The notes under the pieces: model-generated | The model's database searches: none | The model's input: the letters and a program-made list of their open reading frames with translations, nothing else | What the model was told of the DNA's origin: nothing | Made by a program: the position numbers and the translations under genes | Shown here: positions 1 through 12,330 of the stretch, piece after piece | How positions within the stretch are numbered: the stretch's first letter is position 1 | How the letters are laid out: every line of letters begins with the position of its first letter | DNA from: Octopus sinensis | Taxonomy: Eukaryota | DNA length: 64,000 bases | Assembly (NCBI RefSeq): GCF_006345805.1 | Contig: NC_042999.1 | Location: 114,948,001 to 115,012,000 of the forward strand | Reading direction: 5' to 3'

Positions 1-285
1 GAGAGAATACATCTCTACGTGCACCTGTTATAAAGTGTGTGCGTGTGTGTTTACTGAAGTTCTTTCGGGCGCAGTCAATGATCTCGCAATTCATCTCACT
101 TTCAGATATTTCATTTTATTTAGACAGTTAAAGCAATCGGTAGATGCTTGATTATGAAAATTTCCCTTTATACATTATCATCCACTACCAATTGGACCGG
201 CCGTTTATTACTATGTCTCGCTGACTGTTATCATATAACACTATATCCACCAATAGCTACATACTGCTCACAAACGTTTATATGT

Positions 286-730
286 ATGGCTGGGTAGAAA
301 GCTTGCTTTCCAACCACATGGTTCCGGGTTCAGTCTCACTAAATGGCACCTCGGGCAAGTGTCTTCTACAATAGCCTCAGGCCGACTAAAACCTTGTGAG
401 TGGATTTGGTAGACGGAAACTGAAAGAAGCCCGCCATGTGTGTGTATGTGTGTATGTGTGTATGTGTTGTGTGTGTGTGAGTGTGTGTGTGTGTGCGTGG
501 GTGTGTGTTTGACTTCATGTCTGTGTCTGTCCTCCAACCACCGTTTGATAACCGGCGTTGTTACATTTACACCCCGTAATTTAGCGGTTCGGCAAAAGAG
601 AAGATAGAATAAGTACCAGGCTTTAAAAAAATATCAAGTACAGGGCACGAGTCTTGCGACTAAAAAGTTCTTCGAGGTTGTGCTCCAGCATGGCCACCGT
701 CTGATGGCTGAAACATGTAAAACGTAAAAG
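286..730 (+). mobile_element. tRNA-headed SINE family A, composite copy (head, internal (GT)n, tail)
   Basis: Head has A/B-box-like TGGCTGGGTAG...GGTTCAGTCTC, then GGCACCTCGGGCAAGTGTCTTCTAC...GGAAACTGAAAGAAGCCCG, a (GT)n tract, and tail ...CGGTTCGGCAAAAGAG...GTGCTCCAGCATGGCC...GAAAC. The same layout recurs many times in the window. Confidence 0.85.
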
Positions 731-756
731 AAACATGTATGTATATGTATTCACAC

Positions 757-854
<98 letters not shown>

Positions 855-1222
855 TATGTGTGCGTGCGTGAGTGTGAGTGCGAGTGCGTGAGTAGGGGTG
901 AACGTGACTAAAGCAAGGAATATGTTTCATTGTGTATGGCAGCTTGAATAGTATGTGTTTATTTTGTGTATGTTATTATACACTCCTGATAGATGTCATT
1001 TCTCGTGGGATATAATGCAATATTTGCTAAGAGGCCTTTCTACATTTGCCTGCTTACTCGCTAATATGTTTATCACTCCGTCTATATACGTAAAATATGT
1101 GTGTGTATGTGCGTGCGTGTATGAGTATGTGTGTGTGCGTGTGCTTGTGTTTGTGTGTGTATGTGTGTGTGCATTATATATATATATATATGATACATAT
1201 GTATTTGATATATATATATATG

Positions 1223-1255
<33 letters not shown>

Positions 1256-1294
1256 GTGGTGTGTGGTGTGTGTCTGTATATATATGTATATATA

Positions 1295-1333
<39 letters not shown>

Positions 1334-1800
1334 TATATATATGTATATATATAAATGTATGTATATAAATGTATGTATATATACACATATATATGAGTAC
1401 ATATATGTGTGTGTATACATATATATACATATGTATGTACATACATATATAGATATAGATATATATATATAAAACACACACACACACACATATATATAAT
1501 ACATACACACATATAAATGTATGTATGTACGTACGTATGTATGTATGCATGTATGTATGTGTGTATGTGTGTATGTATGTATGTATGTATGTATGTATGT
1601 ATGTATGTATGTATGTATGTATACAGCCACCGCTCACACACTCATCCTCACAGAAACGCGTGTGTTTATGTGTGTTAATGTGTCCGTGCGTTAATCTGTC
1701 TCCTTACCTACCTCCCTACGTACGAACCTACCTACCTACCTAGCCACCTACCTACCTATCTATCTATCTATCTACCTATCTATTATCAGTCTATCTATAT
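757..1800. repeat. Compound microsatellite field: (GATA)n, (TA)n, (GT)n, (ATGT)n, (CCTA)n
   Basis: Seen directly; explains the YI/CV/HT-rich ORFs. Confidence 0.95.
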
Positions 1801-2367
1801 TTGTCTGTACTTATCTATCGATTTACCTATCTACCTATCTATATGTCTGTCTGAATGTCAGTTTGTCAGTTTGTCTGTGTCGAACTGTATCGAGTTAATT
1901 ACAAAATCAGCTAGATTTAGTAGAAGATCAAGCTGTCTGAATAATTATCCAAAACCTATTCAACCGTACTACATACAAGAGTGTATAAACGACATAAAAG
2001 ATAACGGTGCGTGATTTAAAGAGCTATTTGTATTAAAGATAGCGATATATCTTCTGGGAATCGGAGCCATCCTCAGTTCGGCTTCAAACAAATTGATTGC
2101 TTTAATTATTCAGTCGGATTTTCTGTGAAAGATAGTTTCCTTACGATGACATTAGATTAGACATTTCAAACAAATAAAAATACAAAAAGACAAAGAAGAA
2201 AAAAGAAGAAGAAATTGCTGCCTTTTCTTTTATTTTCTGTGTTGTCTCTTTTGGCTCTGACCGCCCCTCTTGTGTTTGGCTGCCTGCTTGCTGTCTGTCT
2301 ATATGTATGTATGTATGTATTCAGATGTACGTATGATTGTATGCATACATATAGAGTTCTATGAGTG

Positions 2368-2368
2368 A

Positions 2369-2440
<72 letters not shown>

Positions 2441-2483
2441 GATATATACATATATATATATATATACTATATACATATATATA

Positions 2484-2536
<53 letters not shown>

Positions 2537-2665
2537 CATATATTATGTATATATATACATATATATATGTAGATATATATAGATACATATATATCTAGTA
2601 TGTATTATAGTATACATATATGCATACATACATACATACTAAGAGAGAGAGAGAGAGAAGTATAT

Positions 2666-2764
<99 letters not shown>

Positions 2765-3094
2765 TACACACATCACACACACATAAAATCGTACTCGAAA
2801 TGCGCACGCACACAACGCTCACAAAAGCGCGCCCACGAATATCTACTCTCACTTTGGGATTTTAACTGCTCATTTCCTTCCCTATTCTTTACACAGGCGC
2901 ACGCACGCACACACATACACACTCATATATATTGATAGATAGATAGACAAATAGATAGATAGATTGATAGATGGATAGATGGATAGATTGATAGATTGAT
3001 AGATTGATATAGATATGTATATATATATATTTAATATTATATATTTATATATATGTATGTATATATGATATGATATGTATATGTATATATAAAT

Positions 3095-3125
<31 letters not shown>

Positions 3126-3249
3126 TATACATGCATACCTATAATATATATATAGATGATACATACATACATACATACATGCAACATACATACATACATA
3201 CATACATACATACATACATACATACATACCTACATGATATACAGATATA

Positions 3250-3292
<43 letters not shown>
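2368..3292. repeat. (TA)n / (GATA)n / (CATA)n microsatellites
   Basis: Seen directly. Confidence 0.95.
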
Positions 3293-3295
<3 letters not shown>

Positions 3296-3389
3296 TGTAC
3301 TGTTCGTAATAGAAAATTCAACAAAAAAAGTACGCCATATGGTGAGAGATAAATATTATTTATTTAAAGGACACAATACATGTATTTAA

Positions 3390-3443
3390 GTGCTACTATA
3401 GTTTCATATTTAAAGAAATATCTCAAACATTTTCATCAGGCAC
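3390..3443 (-). ncRNA. Minimal type I hammerhead ribozyme motif with canonical core, in an orphan pLTR-like unit (~3294-3600) flanked by (TA)n
   Basis: Minus strand reads GTGC-CTGATGA-aaATGTTTGAgatatttctTTAAATAT-GAA-ACTATAGT-A-GCAC. Stem I GTGC/GCAC, core CUGAUGA...GAAA, palindromic stem III ACUAUAGU, GUA cleavage triplet. Confidence 0.8.
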
Positions 3444-3603
3444 AAACCACATATCATAACGAACTACGAAAAAAATTGAAGAGAAAGAACTAGAAAATCT
3501 GAGAAAACAATTTTTTTGATTTACAATGTGCATTTTCGTCTAGCTTTCTTACATTCCTCTTACATTACCATGTGAAGTTTCTATTTTCTTTTTGTAACAT
3601 ATT

Positions 3604-3661
<58 letters not shown>

Positions 3662-3718
3662 GTATGTATGTATGCATATATATATATGTATGTATGCATT
3701 ATATATATATATTATATA

Positions 3719-3766
<48 letters not shown>

Positions 3767-3938
3767 ATATATATTATGTATGGTATGTATGTTTGTACAC
3801 AGGCTGGAAAATCCTGTCTCATTATCAGCATGATCAATTTGAGGGTACTTTCTCAATATGTACGTTGAAATAAGCTTTAATTCTCACATCCTAATGTCTA
3901 CTTCTTTCTCTTTTTTCTCTCTGCAGTTTACTTTACAC

Positions 3939-4223
3939 TAGTGGTTTTCAACCACTTTTTATCTATGAACCCTTTTATTACTACTATATTCTGATGAGCC
4001 CCCATATTCATTCGATGTTTAAAAACTAGTTTTGTAGATATTTCTTTCAAAATTCCTATTTCGTTCATTGTTTAGCTGTTTCTTGCAATAAATACATCTG
4101 AAGCAAAATTGTTTTATGGACTCATAAAATGGTACAGTGGACCTAATTTACTATTTTGCTTATGTGGACCCCTAAATCTTATATATACTACAAGGCGTCA
4201 TATGGTTGAGAACAGAAACACTG
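3939..4223. mobile_element. hAT (Charlie-like) MITE
   Basis: Termini TAGTGGTTTTCAACC ... GGTTGAGAAC(agaa)ACACTG; 8-bp TSD CTTTACAC (3931-3938) / CTTTATAC (4224-4231). Confidence 0.75.
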
Positions 4224-4399
4224 CTTTATACTATAATGGCTAAATTCGTGTCGATTTTACTGCTGTCATTGCTCTTCAGTAATGAAAGAAGCAAGAAATA
4301 TTCGTTCTGTCTCAGGAAGTGTCCGGACAGGCCAACGATGGTTTGACCAGTTTTGCTAAGAAAACTTTTACTCCCGTAGTTGAGTAAACAACATGCAAA

Positions 4400-5181
4400 C
4401 AACATGCGAATTAGCAAAATAGTTTAAATCCAGTCACTCTTCGATCATAAAACACTTTCATAAAACAGGATAAGTGTCTAAACTTACTCAGTGGGTCCTT
4501 CATCATCTGACTGCTTCTCAGCTTCATCAAAGAGTTGTCCTCTGCTCATCATTGAAGAGTAGACATGCTGCTGAGCGTTTTGTGAGCAGGATTATCACAA
4601 GTGATGAAAGGTGAGATCTCTCTAATTATATCCAATAAAAACGATAAGGGTTAGCTACCAAGGAAAAAGGAGAATTCAACACCAAACCAGAAAAAATATT
4701 ATGTTTTGTGTTTGGTGGGATATGAAGGGTGTCGTCTATCGTGAAATGTTTAACCAAAATAAAACGGTTAATGCAGAGAATTATTGTCAGAAATGCATCA
4801 TCAATGGTCAGTCTAAATGCAAGGCCACATATTGTCCAACTCACTCAGGAGGAAACCATAGCACTAAATACGGAAGCTTCGCCTCAAACTCCCTACTCTC
4901 CTGGCCTTACTCCATCTCTCATCTTTTCAGATCATTGCAACAATGTTTAGTGGGGAAACAGTTTATTAATTGTAAATAGATTTTAAATTATACTGGGTGT
5001 TTCTTTACTTTGAAATGTGAAAAATTTTACGCCCGAAGAATCAACAACTTGCCACATAGAAGTAATTATGTAATCAATAGTGTGTGGAAATATTATCTTC
5101 ATTAAATCTATTAATGAAGACCAAAGAAGCATTTATTTATTTCCCGTCTTGAAATGTAACAGGACTTTCTTTCTAATCTTA
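4400..5181 (+). mobile_element. Decayed mariner (Tc1/mariner DDD) transposase remnant
   Basis: Frameshifted motifs RIITSDE, KKIMFCVWWDMKGVVYREMFNQNKTVNAENYCQ, NARPH, PYSPGLTPS and HLFRSLQ; ends in a TIR-like sequence followed by TA. Confidence 0.85.
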
Positions 5182-5511
5182 TATATGTATATATGCATAT
5201 ATGCATACATATATATATGTATATATGTATATATGCATACATATATATGTATGTATATATACATACATATACTGTATATGTATATATGTATATATGCATA
5301 CATATATATGTATGTATATATACATACATATATACTTATATATGTATATATGTATATATGCATACATATATATGTATGTATATATACATACATATATACA
5401 TGCATCTATATATACATATATATATATGTATGTATATATACATACATATATACAAGCATGTATGTATACATACATATATACATACATATATATATATCGC
5501 TAAGCATATAT

Positions 5512-5690
5512 ATATGCTTAGCGATATTTCGCCTGTCTTTACGTTCTGAGTTCAAATTCCGCTGGGGTTGACTTTGCCTTTCACCCTTTCAGGGTCGATA
5601 ACATAACCACCAGCCAAGCACTGGGGTCGTTGTAATCAACTTACCTCTCTCCCTAAATTGTTGGCCTTGTGCCAAAATTTAAAATCAATA
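5512..5690 (+). mobile_element. SINE family B, 5'-truncated
   Basis: ATGCTTAGCGATATTTCG...GAGTTCAAATTCCGC...TTGCCTTTCACCCTTTCAGGGTCGATAA (Nin-domain-like core). Confidence 0.8.
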
Positions 5691-6239
5691 TTTTAGCTAT
5701 TAGATGAAGGATAACACTTATGACATTTTTCAGGATCTTCGAGACTGATAAAAGAAGGAAAGAAGTTCATCTTCGACTGGTGACCTGGCCTGTATCTTTG
5801 TAACAGAACAGACTCCACTAAAAGGTACCCGGGAATCTGGTGAAGGCGTTAGACCAGGTGACAGATTAAACCAACAATCGAAGTGCAAGAACAGCCCATT
5901 CGACGGGTTTCCATATAGTTCTCAACTGCCAGGTTTTAAGTGATAAGGTTTTCTTCCACCCTACAGTAGAATGGAAGACTCTTGTCTGAGGAGCTGCTCA
6001 TAGGAGTCAAACCTGAAATCACGTTGTTGAGGGGAGATGATTTTTACTATACAGGTATTCCTGTGCCCAAAGTAAGTGCAAGGGAAAATATAAAAGAATA
6101 TAAAGAAAGAAAATCTTAACATCGGATAGTTGAGTTGAAAGGAAGGAAATTATAGTACATCTTCGCAAAATAACACTTTAAAAATTGAAAAATAAATAAT
6201 TGTGTGTGTATGTGTGTGAGATGTGTGTGTGGTCGTGCG

Positions 6240-7265
6240 TATGGAAAGATGGATCATCTGGAAAAGCAGCTTAGACCCCACTACATGTCTAAATTCAAGA
6301 ACTGAACTTTTTGGATCATGTCCACGTATGGCTAAATATTTGTTGCGTGTTGGTCCCTCCAAGATCACAGATAGGACCTGCTTTTTATATTGTGTCCACG
6401 TACAAGCATTTTATCTCTATATATATTTTATGTATGTTTTTTTACATATTTTTATATATATTTTTATATATTTTTACATATTTTTTTCTGTATATCACTT
6501 TTCACCCTGCATTTTTCTTGTACATGTGTTTATATAGACGTGTATATGAACATGTTTGTGCCCGTGTGGGTATATATACGTGTGTGTGTATGTGTGTGTG
6601 TGTGTCGGTATATATATGTGTGCATATGTATGGTTGCATATATATGTAGGTATAATGAATGTTTCACGAGAGTGTGAATGAGCATATGCATATATAGCAT
6701 GTGCGTATTTTAGATGTGTATATGAATATAATTGTGCGCGTGTGGATATGTGCACGTGTGTGCGTGTGCGTGTGAGGGGATATGTATATGTGTACATATA
6801 TGTATGGTTGCATATATATATGCTCATATAGACGGTGTGTGGGTTTGCATGCATGTGTTTCACGCGAGTGTGAGTGAACATATGCATATAGGCACATGTA
6901 CATGGGTGTGCGTACGCGCATGTGTATGTATGTACATACGCGAAAACTGTGGCCGTTTTTTTACTCTTTTACTTTCTCCCCTTTGGGGTTTTTTCCCCTT
7001 TATTTAACGGTCATTCTTATAGCTCATTTGTTTGTCTTAATAACGGTCATTTACATAGTAATTTCCATTTATTTAACTGTCATTTTCATAGCATTTTCTT
7101 ATTGTCTTAATAACTGACGAGATGCCGGAGCAGATTTCCGCCCCGACATCCGAAACTCGGAGTTTTATTATGGCAACCGAATAATTGTCACATATATTAC
7201 AGATAATTCCTCTATTTACATGATATCGAGGTTTCATTCATTCTTTGTTGTCATACCATTACTAG
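6240..7265 (+). mobile_element. Probable 5'-truncated Penelope-like remnant: ORF C-terminus, microsatellite-rich spacer, pLTR with HHR
   Basis: Translation WIIWKSSLDPTTCLNSRTELFGSCPRMAKYLL resembles the LNxRxELxxxCxHxxKFLL C-terminus of PLE ORFs. The downstream 6940-7265 unit has homologues at 33070-33290 and 57955-58050. Confidence 0.5.
7108..7170 (+). ncRNA. Minimal type I hammerhead ribozyme motif
   Basis: TAATAA-CTGACGA-GATGCCGG...CCGACATC-C-GAA-ACTCGGAGT-T-TTATTA. 6-bp stem I, canonical core, near-palindromic stem III ACTC-G-GAGT, GUU triplet. Confidence 0.8.
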
Positions 7266-7345
7266 TTATATATATATATTATATATACATACATACATAC
7301 ATGTATATATATACATATATTAACATATATATATATATATATATT

Positions 7346-7413
<68 letters not shown>

Positions 7414-7431
7414 ATATTATATATATATATA

Positions 7432-8130
7432 AGCTGGGCCACTCATATAAACACCAAGGTGACAGGGCCCGCAGAATGTGTTCCTGGATTCTCAGAACTT
7501 TCCAGTCGAGAGATATCCACACCATTATCCTTCTCTTCTCCACTTTTGCCCGACCCCACCTTGAATACTGTTGTCCACTGTGGTATCCCCACACAAAACA
7601 AGTATCATAAAAGTTGAAGCACCTCAAAGGTCAATCACAAAAAGATAGATGGCAATGACAGGCCTCGACTATTGGGGTCAACTAGAAAAGCTAAAACTTT
7701 ATTCTCTCCAACGTCGCCGTGAGCGCTACATCATCTGCATGATGTGGAAAATATTCCATCAGCATTGCCCAAATGATGTTGGCATCACCTTTAAGGTACA
7801 TCCAAGGCTTGGGCCCCGTGCCATCCACCCACAACAAAAATCGCACTCTCATCTCATAACACAATACGGCACAATTATTTCACCTCAATTGGCCCGCTCT
7901 CTTTACATTACACCAAAACACATTAAACAGAACCAGACCCTATAGGTTCAAGAAGTCTTTGGACAGATTCCTCAGAAATCCCGGATAACCTCCTACACCG
8001 GATATGTCTCTGTAAACAATAACTCTCTACTTGAGTGGCCATAGTTGCCAAATTATGACTTGAAGGCTTCACCAGTGGTGCTATTAAGTTAGACATGGCC
8101 TGGGCTAATAATGGCCGAAACCTATCAAAG
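7432..8130 (+). mobile_element. 5'-truncated CR1/L2-like LINE 3' end, inserted after (TA)n
   Basis: ILRTFQSRDIHTIILLFSTFARPHLEYCCPLWYPH and GLDYWGQLEKLKLYSLQRRRERY are typical RT C-terminal motifs. The 3' tail recurs inverted at ~33500-33565. Confidence 0.8.
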
Positions 8131-8603
8131 TATTTTTATACTGGAAGGCAATACTTTGTATTGCATTACTGATATTTTGAAACTCTTCACCGTTTTCGTA
8201 CTGTTAGCGTTCCGTATTTCAGTCGAGTGTGTTAGTATTATGTGGTAACATCGTAGTTTCGTCTTGGTATATGTTGGCTGAAGAAGTAAAGCAATATGGG
8301 TGAGAGACATATCTTGCAAAACCTGAAACCTGCAGTTACCACATTATCCATTTCCGGGTGTTTCATCTTCAGATGTTCTCCCTGGATGGTAAGACGTTTT
8401 TTTTTTTTCTCTATTTTGTTGCACACACGCATTTTTACTAATACATACGCGGTGAAGCTACACTTTAGCGTCGTATTTTTACGTTCGCTATTTCCAGTAA
8501 ATATCGTACTTTGTTGTGCCATTTATTTACTAATTTATATATATATTATATAATATATATATATATTATATACATACATATATATATACATATCTATATA
8601 TAC

Positions 8604-8718
<115 letters not shown>

Positions 8719-9045
8719 AGAAAAGAGAGAGAGAGAGAGAGAGAAACTTCTGCAGGAATGCTGGGTGAAGGATGGCAGCTATGGCTTTTTCCCAGTCGAG
8801 GTTGGCTGTTGAGGATTCCCTGTTCAGTTGGCATGGACGATGCTCATAACAATTGGAATGAGAGGTAAGGAGTGAAGGGTGGCTGTCATTACAAATGGTA
8901 AGAGTGGAGACGTAGATTCCATGTGCTATTCATTCAAAGGGGTCTTGTTGTATGAGTGAAATTTTGAGAATGTAGAGAGGAGAGAAAGGATGTGTGTGTT
9001 AAAATGAGGAGAGATGTCAAAAGGAATATGTGAGGAAAGAAGGAA

Positions 9046-9091
<46 letters not shown>

Positions 9092-9246
9092 GGAAGAGAA
9101 AATGAAAAAAGGAGTGTTAGTTGGTAGTAAAGATATTATGAGGGGGATGGGAGAGGAGTAGAGGAGGGATAGGAAGAGACAAGAATGTAAGTATTGAATA
9201 TGTGTGAGGATTGAGGGTGGGGTGATATGTGTGTGTGTGTCTGAAG

Positions 9247-9535
9247 CAGCACTCCGTCAGTTACGGTGACGACGGTCCCAGCTGAAACGATCATCGGAAC
9301 AAATGGCTGAGCATTCTACAGACACATGTACCCTTAACGTAGTTCTCAGGGAGGTCAGCGTGACACAGAGTGTGACAAGGCTGGCCCTTTGAAATACAGG
9401 TACTACCCATTTTTGTCAGCTGAGTGAACTGGAGCAACGTGAAATAAAGTGTCTTGCTCAAGGACACAACGCGTGGCCGGGAATTGAACTCACGACCTTG
9501 CGATCGTGAGCCGAATGCCCTAACCACTAAGCCCC
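9247..9535 (-). mobile_element. tRNA-headed SINE family D
   Basis: Minus-strand head GGCTTAGTGGTTAGGGCATTCGGCTCACGATCGCAAGGTCGTGAGTTCAATTCCC. Tail shared with 46961-47145, 30390-30500 and 34157-34340. Confidence 0.8.
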
Positions 9536-9579
<44 letters not shown>

Positions 9580-10587
9580 TGAGTAGACAAACGAAAGAAG
9601 GGCACTCATTACATTTATTGAGAGTTATATGGCCGAAGACTAGCCACACGCTTGAAACTCAGTGTACGAAAGAGTTTGAATCAAACGATTTTGATATATA
9701 TAACCATCTATATAATTTTGTGTGTGTGAGCGTGTGTGCATGTGCGGGTGTGCATGTGTGTGTATGTGTGTGTTCATACAGCTGGTGACCTGTACCAACG
9801 TACGACACCTATTTATTTTAAGTTGTTAAGAGCCAATTATTATCATTCGCACTGCTCTATATTACACTACTGTGACTTTGTGGTTGGTAAACCTACCAGC
9901 CATAGATGTTTGGCAATCATTCTTATATCTTATCTACTAGATTAACCATTACACTATTCTCTATTGTAGCTGACTGCATCCTATATGGACATTTGTAAGT
10001 AATAATGCGTAATAATAATATTTGTAGACATACTGCAGATCTTCCAAATACCTAGTGTTTGTATTTGCTAGATATAACGTGTCAGTTAATTTGATATCAT
10101 TAAACTGACTTTAGTATTGGCTAATATCGTATACACATACACACACATGCGCACACACGCACACACAAACGCGCATACATATACACACATACACAGACAG
10201 ACAGGTAGATAGATATATTTACGTATGTATTGTTAATATTTGCTTGTATATATATACACACACACGCACATGTACATGTTTGTAAGTATGCACGTATGCA
10301 TGTATGTATGTATTGTTAGTACACATTATATAAATGCAAATGGCGGTGAGCTTGCAGAATCGTTAGAGCAACGGACAAAATACTCTACTGTGTTTGTTCC
10401 GATTCTTCACAGTTTGAGTTCAAAATCTACTGAGATTTAGTTGGCCTTTTATCCCTCTGAGTTAGTTAATTACCTAATTTTGTTTTTGTTCTTTTTGTTT
10501 GTTTGTTTTTGTTTGTTTTTTTGTTTTGTTTTGTTTTTTGTTTGTTTTGTTTCTTTCAGATATATGATGAAGTGAGCTGATATTACA

Positions 10588-10935
10588 ATGGTTGCTTCAT
10601 TGGAAATCTGTCAGAAGCAAAGAGCAGTGAATGAGTTCCTTGTGGCCGAAAGGGAAACTCTTGTAAATATTCACAAAAGATTGAAAATGTTTTCAAAGAT
10701 AAATCTTTGGATTACAGCAATGTGTGTAGATAGCCTGCTGTCTGAATGAGAATTCAACAGATTAAAAAGAATTGGGAAATTCAAGCTTAGCATACATGCT
10801 TCGTAGTGGACACCCATTAAATTCTGTCAACCCTGCCAACAAGGAAAAAGCAGGCGTTTAATTAGAGCTGATAGGCGCATATCCATTGATGAAATAGCAT
10901 CAGGGCTTGGAATTAACCATTGCAGTGCTAAATGA
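10588..10935 (+). mobile_element. Mariner transposase N-terminal (HTH) remnant
   Basis: MVASLEICQKQRAVNEFLVAERETLVNIHKRLK ... RSGHP ... LIRADRRISIDEIASGLGINH, with stops and frameshifts. Confidence 0.7.
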
Positions 10936-11344
10936 CATTAAAACAAATTGCATAACCTTTTGACTCACTTTTATTTTATTGTCGTCGATCAACAAAATTT
11001 ATAACAATTTAATATTAATATATTTTATAGATCATTAATTGTTACTTCACGTTCATGGGTATAATTGATTACAACTCTTCCACCACTTATCTGATACTCA
11101 TTTCATCGAACTCAGAAAGAAGAAGAAATGCAAAGCTGACTTGAGTGGAGGTGGATTTGAATTCAGAGCGTAAAGCGGCCTAACCAAATACTATAGGGTC
11201 TTCGTCTGTCGCTCTATTGATTCTCCAAGTCCTCCATTCATTCTGTTGAAATTAATTTCTGTACCTTCAAATTAGAATAGATTTGTGGAGTCTATTGAAA
11301 AAGTAACACACTAATATCTTTTTCTATCGCTTCTTCTATCATTT

Positions 11345-11612
11345 ATTTCTTTCAATCATTGGACTGCAGCCATCCTAGGGTACCATCATAAAGAGCTTAG
11401 TCGAACAAATCGACCCCAGTATCTTAGTGCATATTCTGTCATCCCTTTTTACCGAACTGCTAAGTTATGGGACGTAACAATAAGAACCAACACTGTTTGT
11501 CAAGTGGTGGTGGGGGACAAATGCAAATAAAAAATACACACATAGATGCATACATATATTTCTATACAACGGGCTTCTTTCAGTTTCCATCTACTAAATC
11601 TACTCACAAGGC
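11345..11612 (-). mobile_element. SINE family A, degenerate, head truncated
   Basis: Reverse-complement match to the tail and head of 286-730. Confidence 0.75.
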
Positions 11613-11624
11613 TTATTGTTCTAA

Positions 11625-11840
11625 TAATCCTTTCTACTATAGGTACAAGTCCGGAATTTTGCGGGCGGGGTCTAGTCGATTACGTCAACACCACTACTTG
11701 ACTGGTACTTCTTTTATCGACTCCGAAAGGATAGAAAGGAAGTCCACCGCGGAGGCGTTTGAACTCAGAACGTAAAACCGGAAGAAATGCCGCTAAACAT
11801 TTTGTCTGGCGCGCTCGCGATTCTGCCAGCTCGACACCTT
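11625..11840 (-). mobile_element. SINE family B
   Basis: Reverse complement of GGCGAGCTGGCAGAATCG...GTTCTGAGTTCAAA...GTCGATAA...GTACCAG. Confidence 0.8.
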
Positions 11841-12144
11841 ACATTACTCTAATAATAAGTTAGTGTTTATATACTTAGTGCTGAGGATCTCATATAACTG
11901 ACTGGAAATAGTATTTTGTTAAGTTAAAAAAAAAGGAAAGAAATCATTGACAAATATTTTTATAGTCAGTAAATACAGAAGACAACTCAGGAAATGTTTT
12001 AGCCTTATAACGACCATCTTGAGTAAAGTATACACTTCACCGCTGAGGATAGACATAATTATTTCGAGTTCATTTCTTTATGCTCCCTGCATTAGATACG
12101 GGGGTCGTTAAAATTTATTGTGTGTAATTGTTAGATATTGATTT

Positions 12145-12330
12145 CAAATTTTTACACAAGGCCAGAAATTTCGAATGAGGAGTTAGTCAATTGCATCAGC
12201 CCCAATGCTCAACTGGTACTTATTTTATCGACCCTGAAAGGATGAAATTTGAGCTCAGAACATGAAGGCAAATGAAATGCCGCTAAGCATTTTGCCCGGC
12301 GCGGTAATGATTCTGCCAGCTCGGCGCCTT
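12145..12330 (-). mobile_element. SINE family B
   Basis: Same family motifs on the minus strand. Confidence 0.8.

Noticed and set aside
3795-3835. Minus-strand CTGATAATGAGACAGG...CCTGT, an HHR-like half
   Set aside because: The core is altered and the GAAA/stem III half is missing.
3991-4020. CTGATGAG resembling an HHR core
   Set aside because: No properly placed GAAA, stem III or stem I; lies inside the hAT MITE.
9460-9535. tRNA-like sequences here and at 47265-47335 and 61917-61980
   Set aside because: They are SINE heads continuing into repeat bodies, without a complete cloverleaf.
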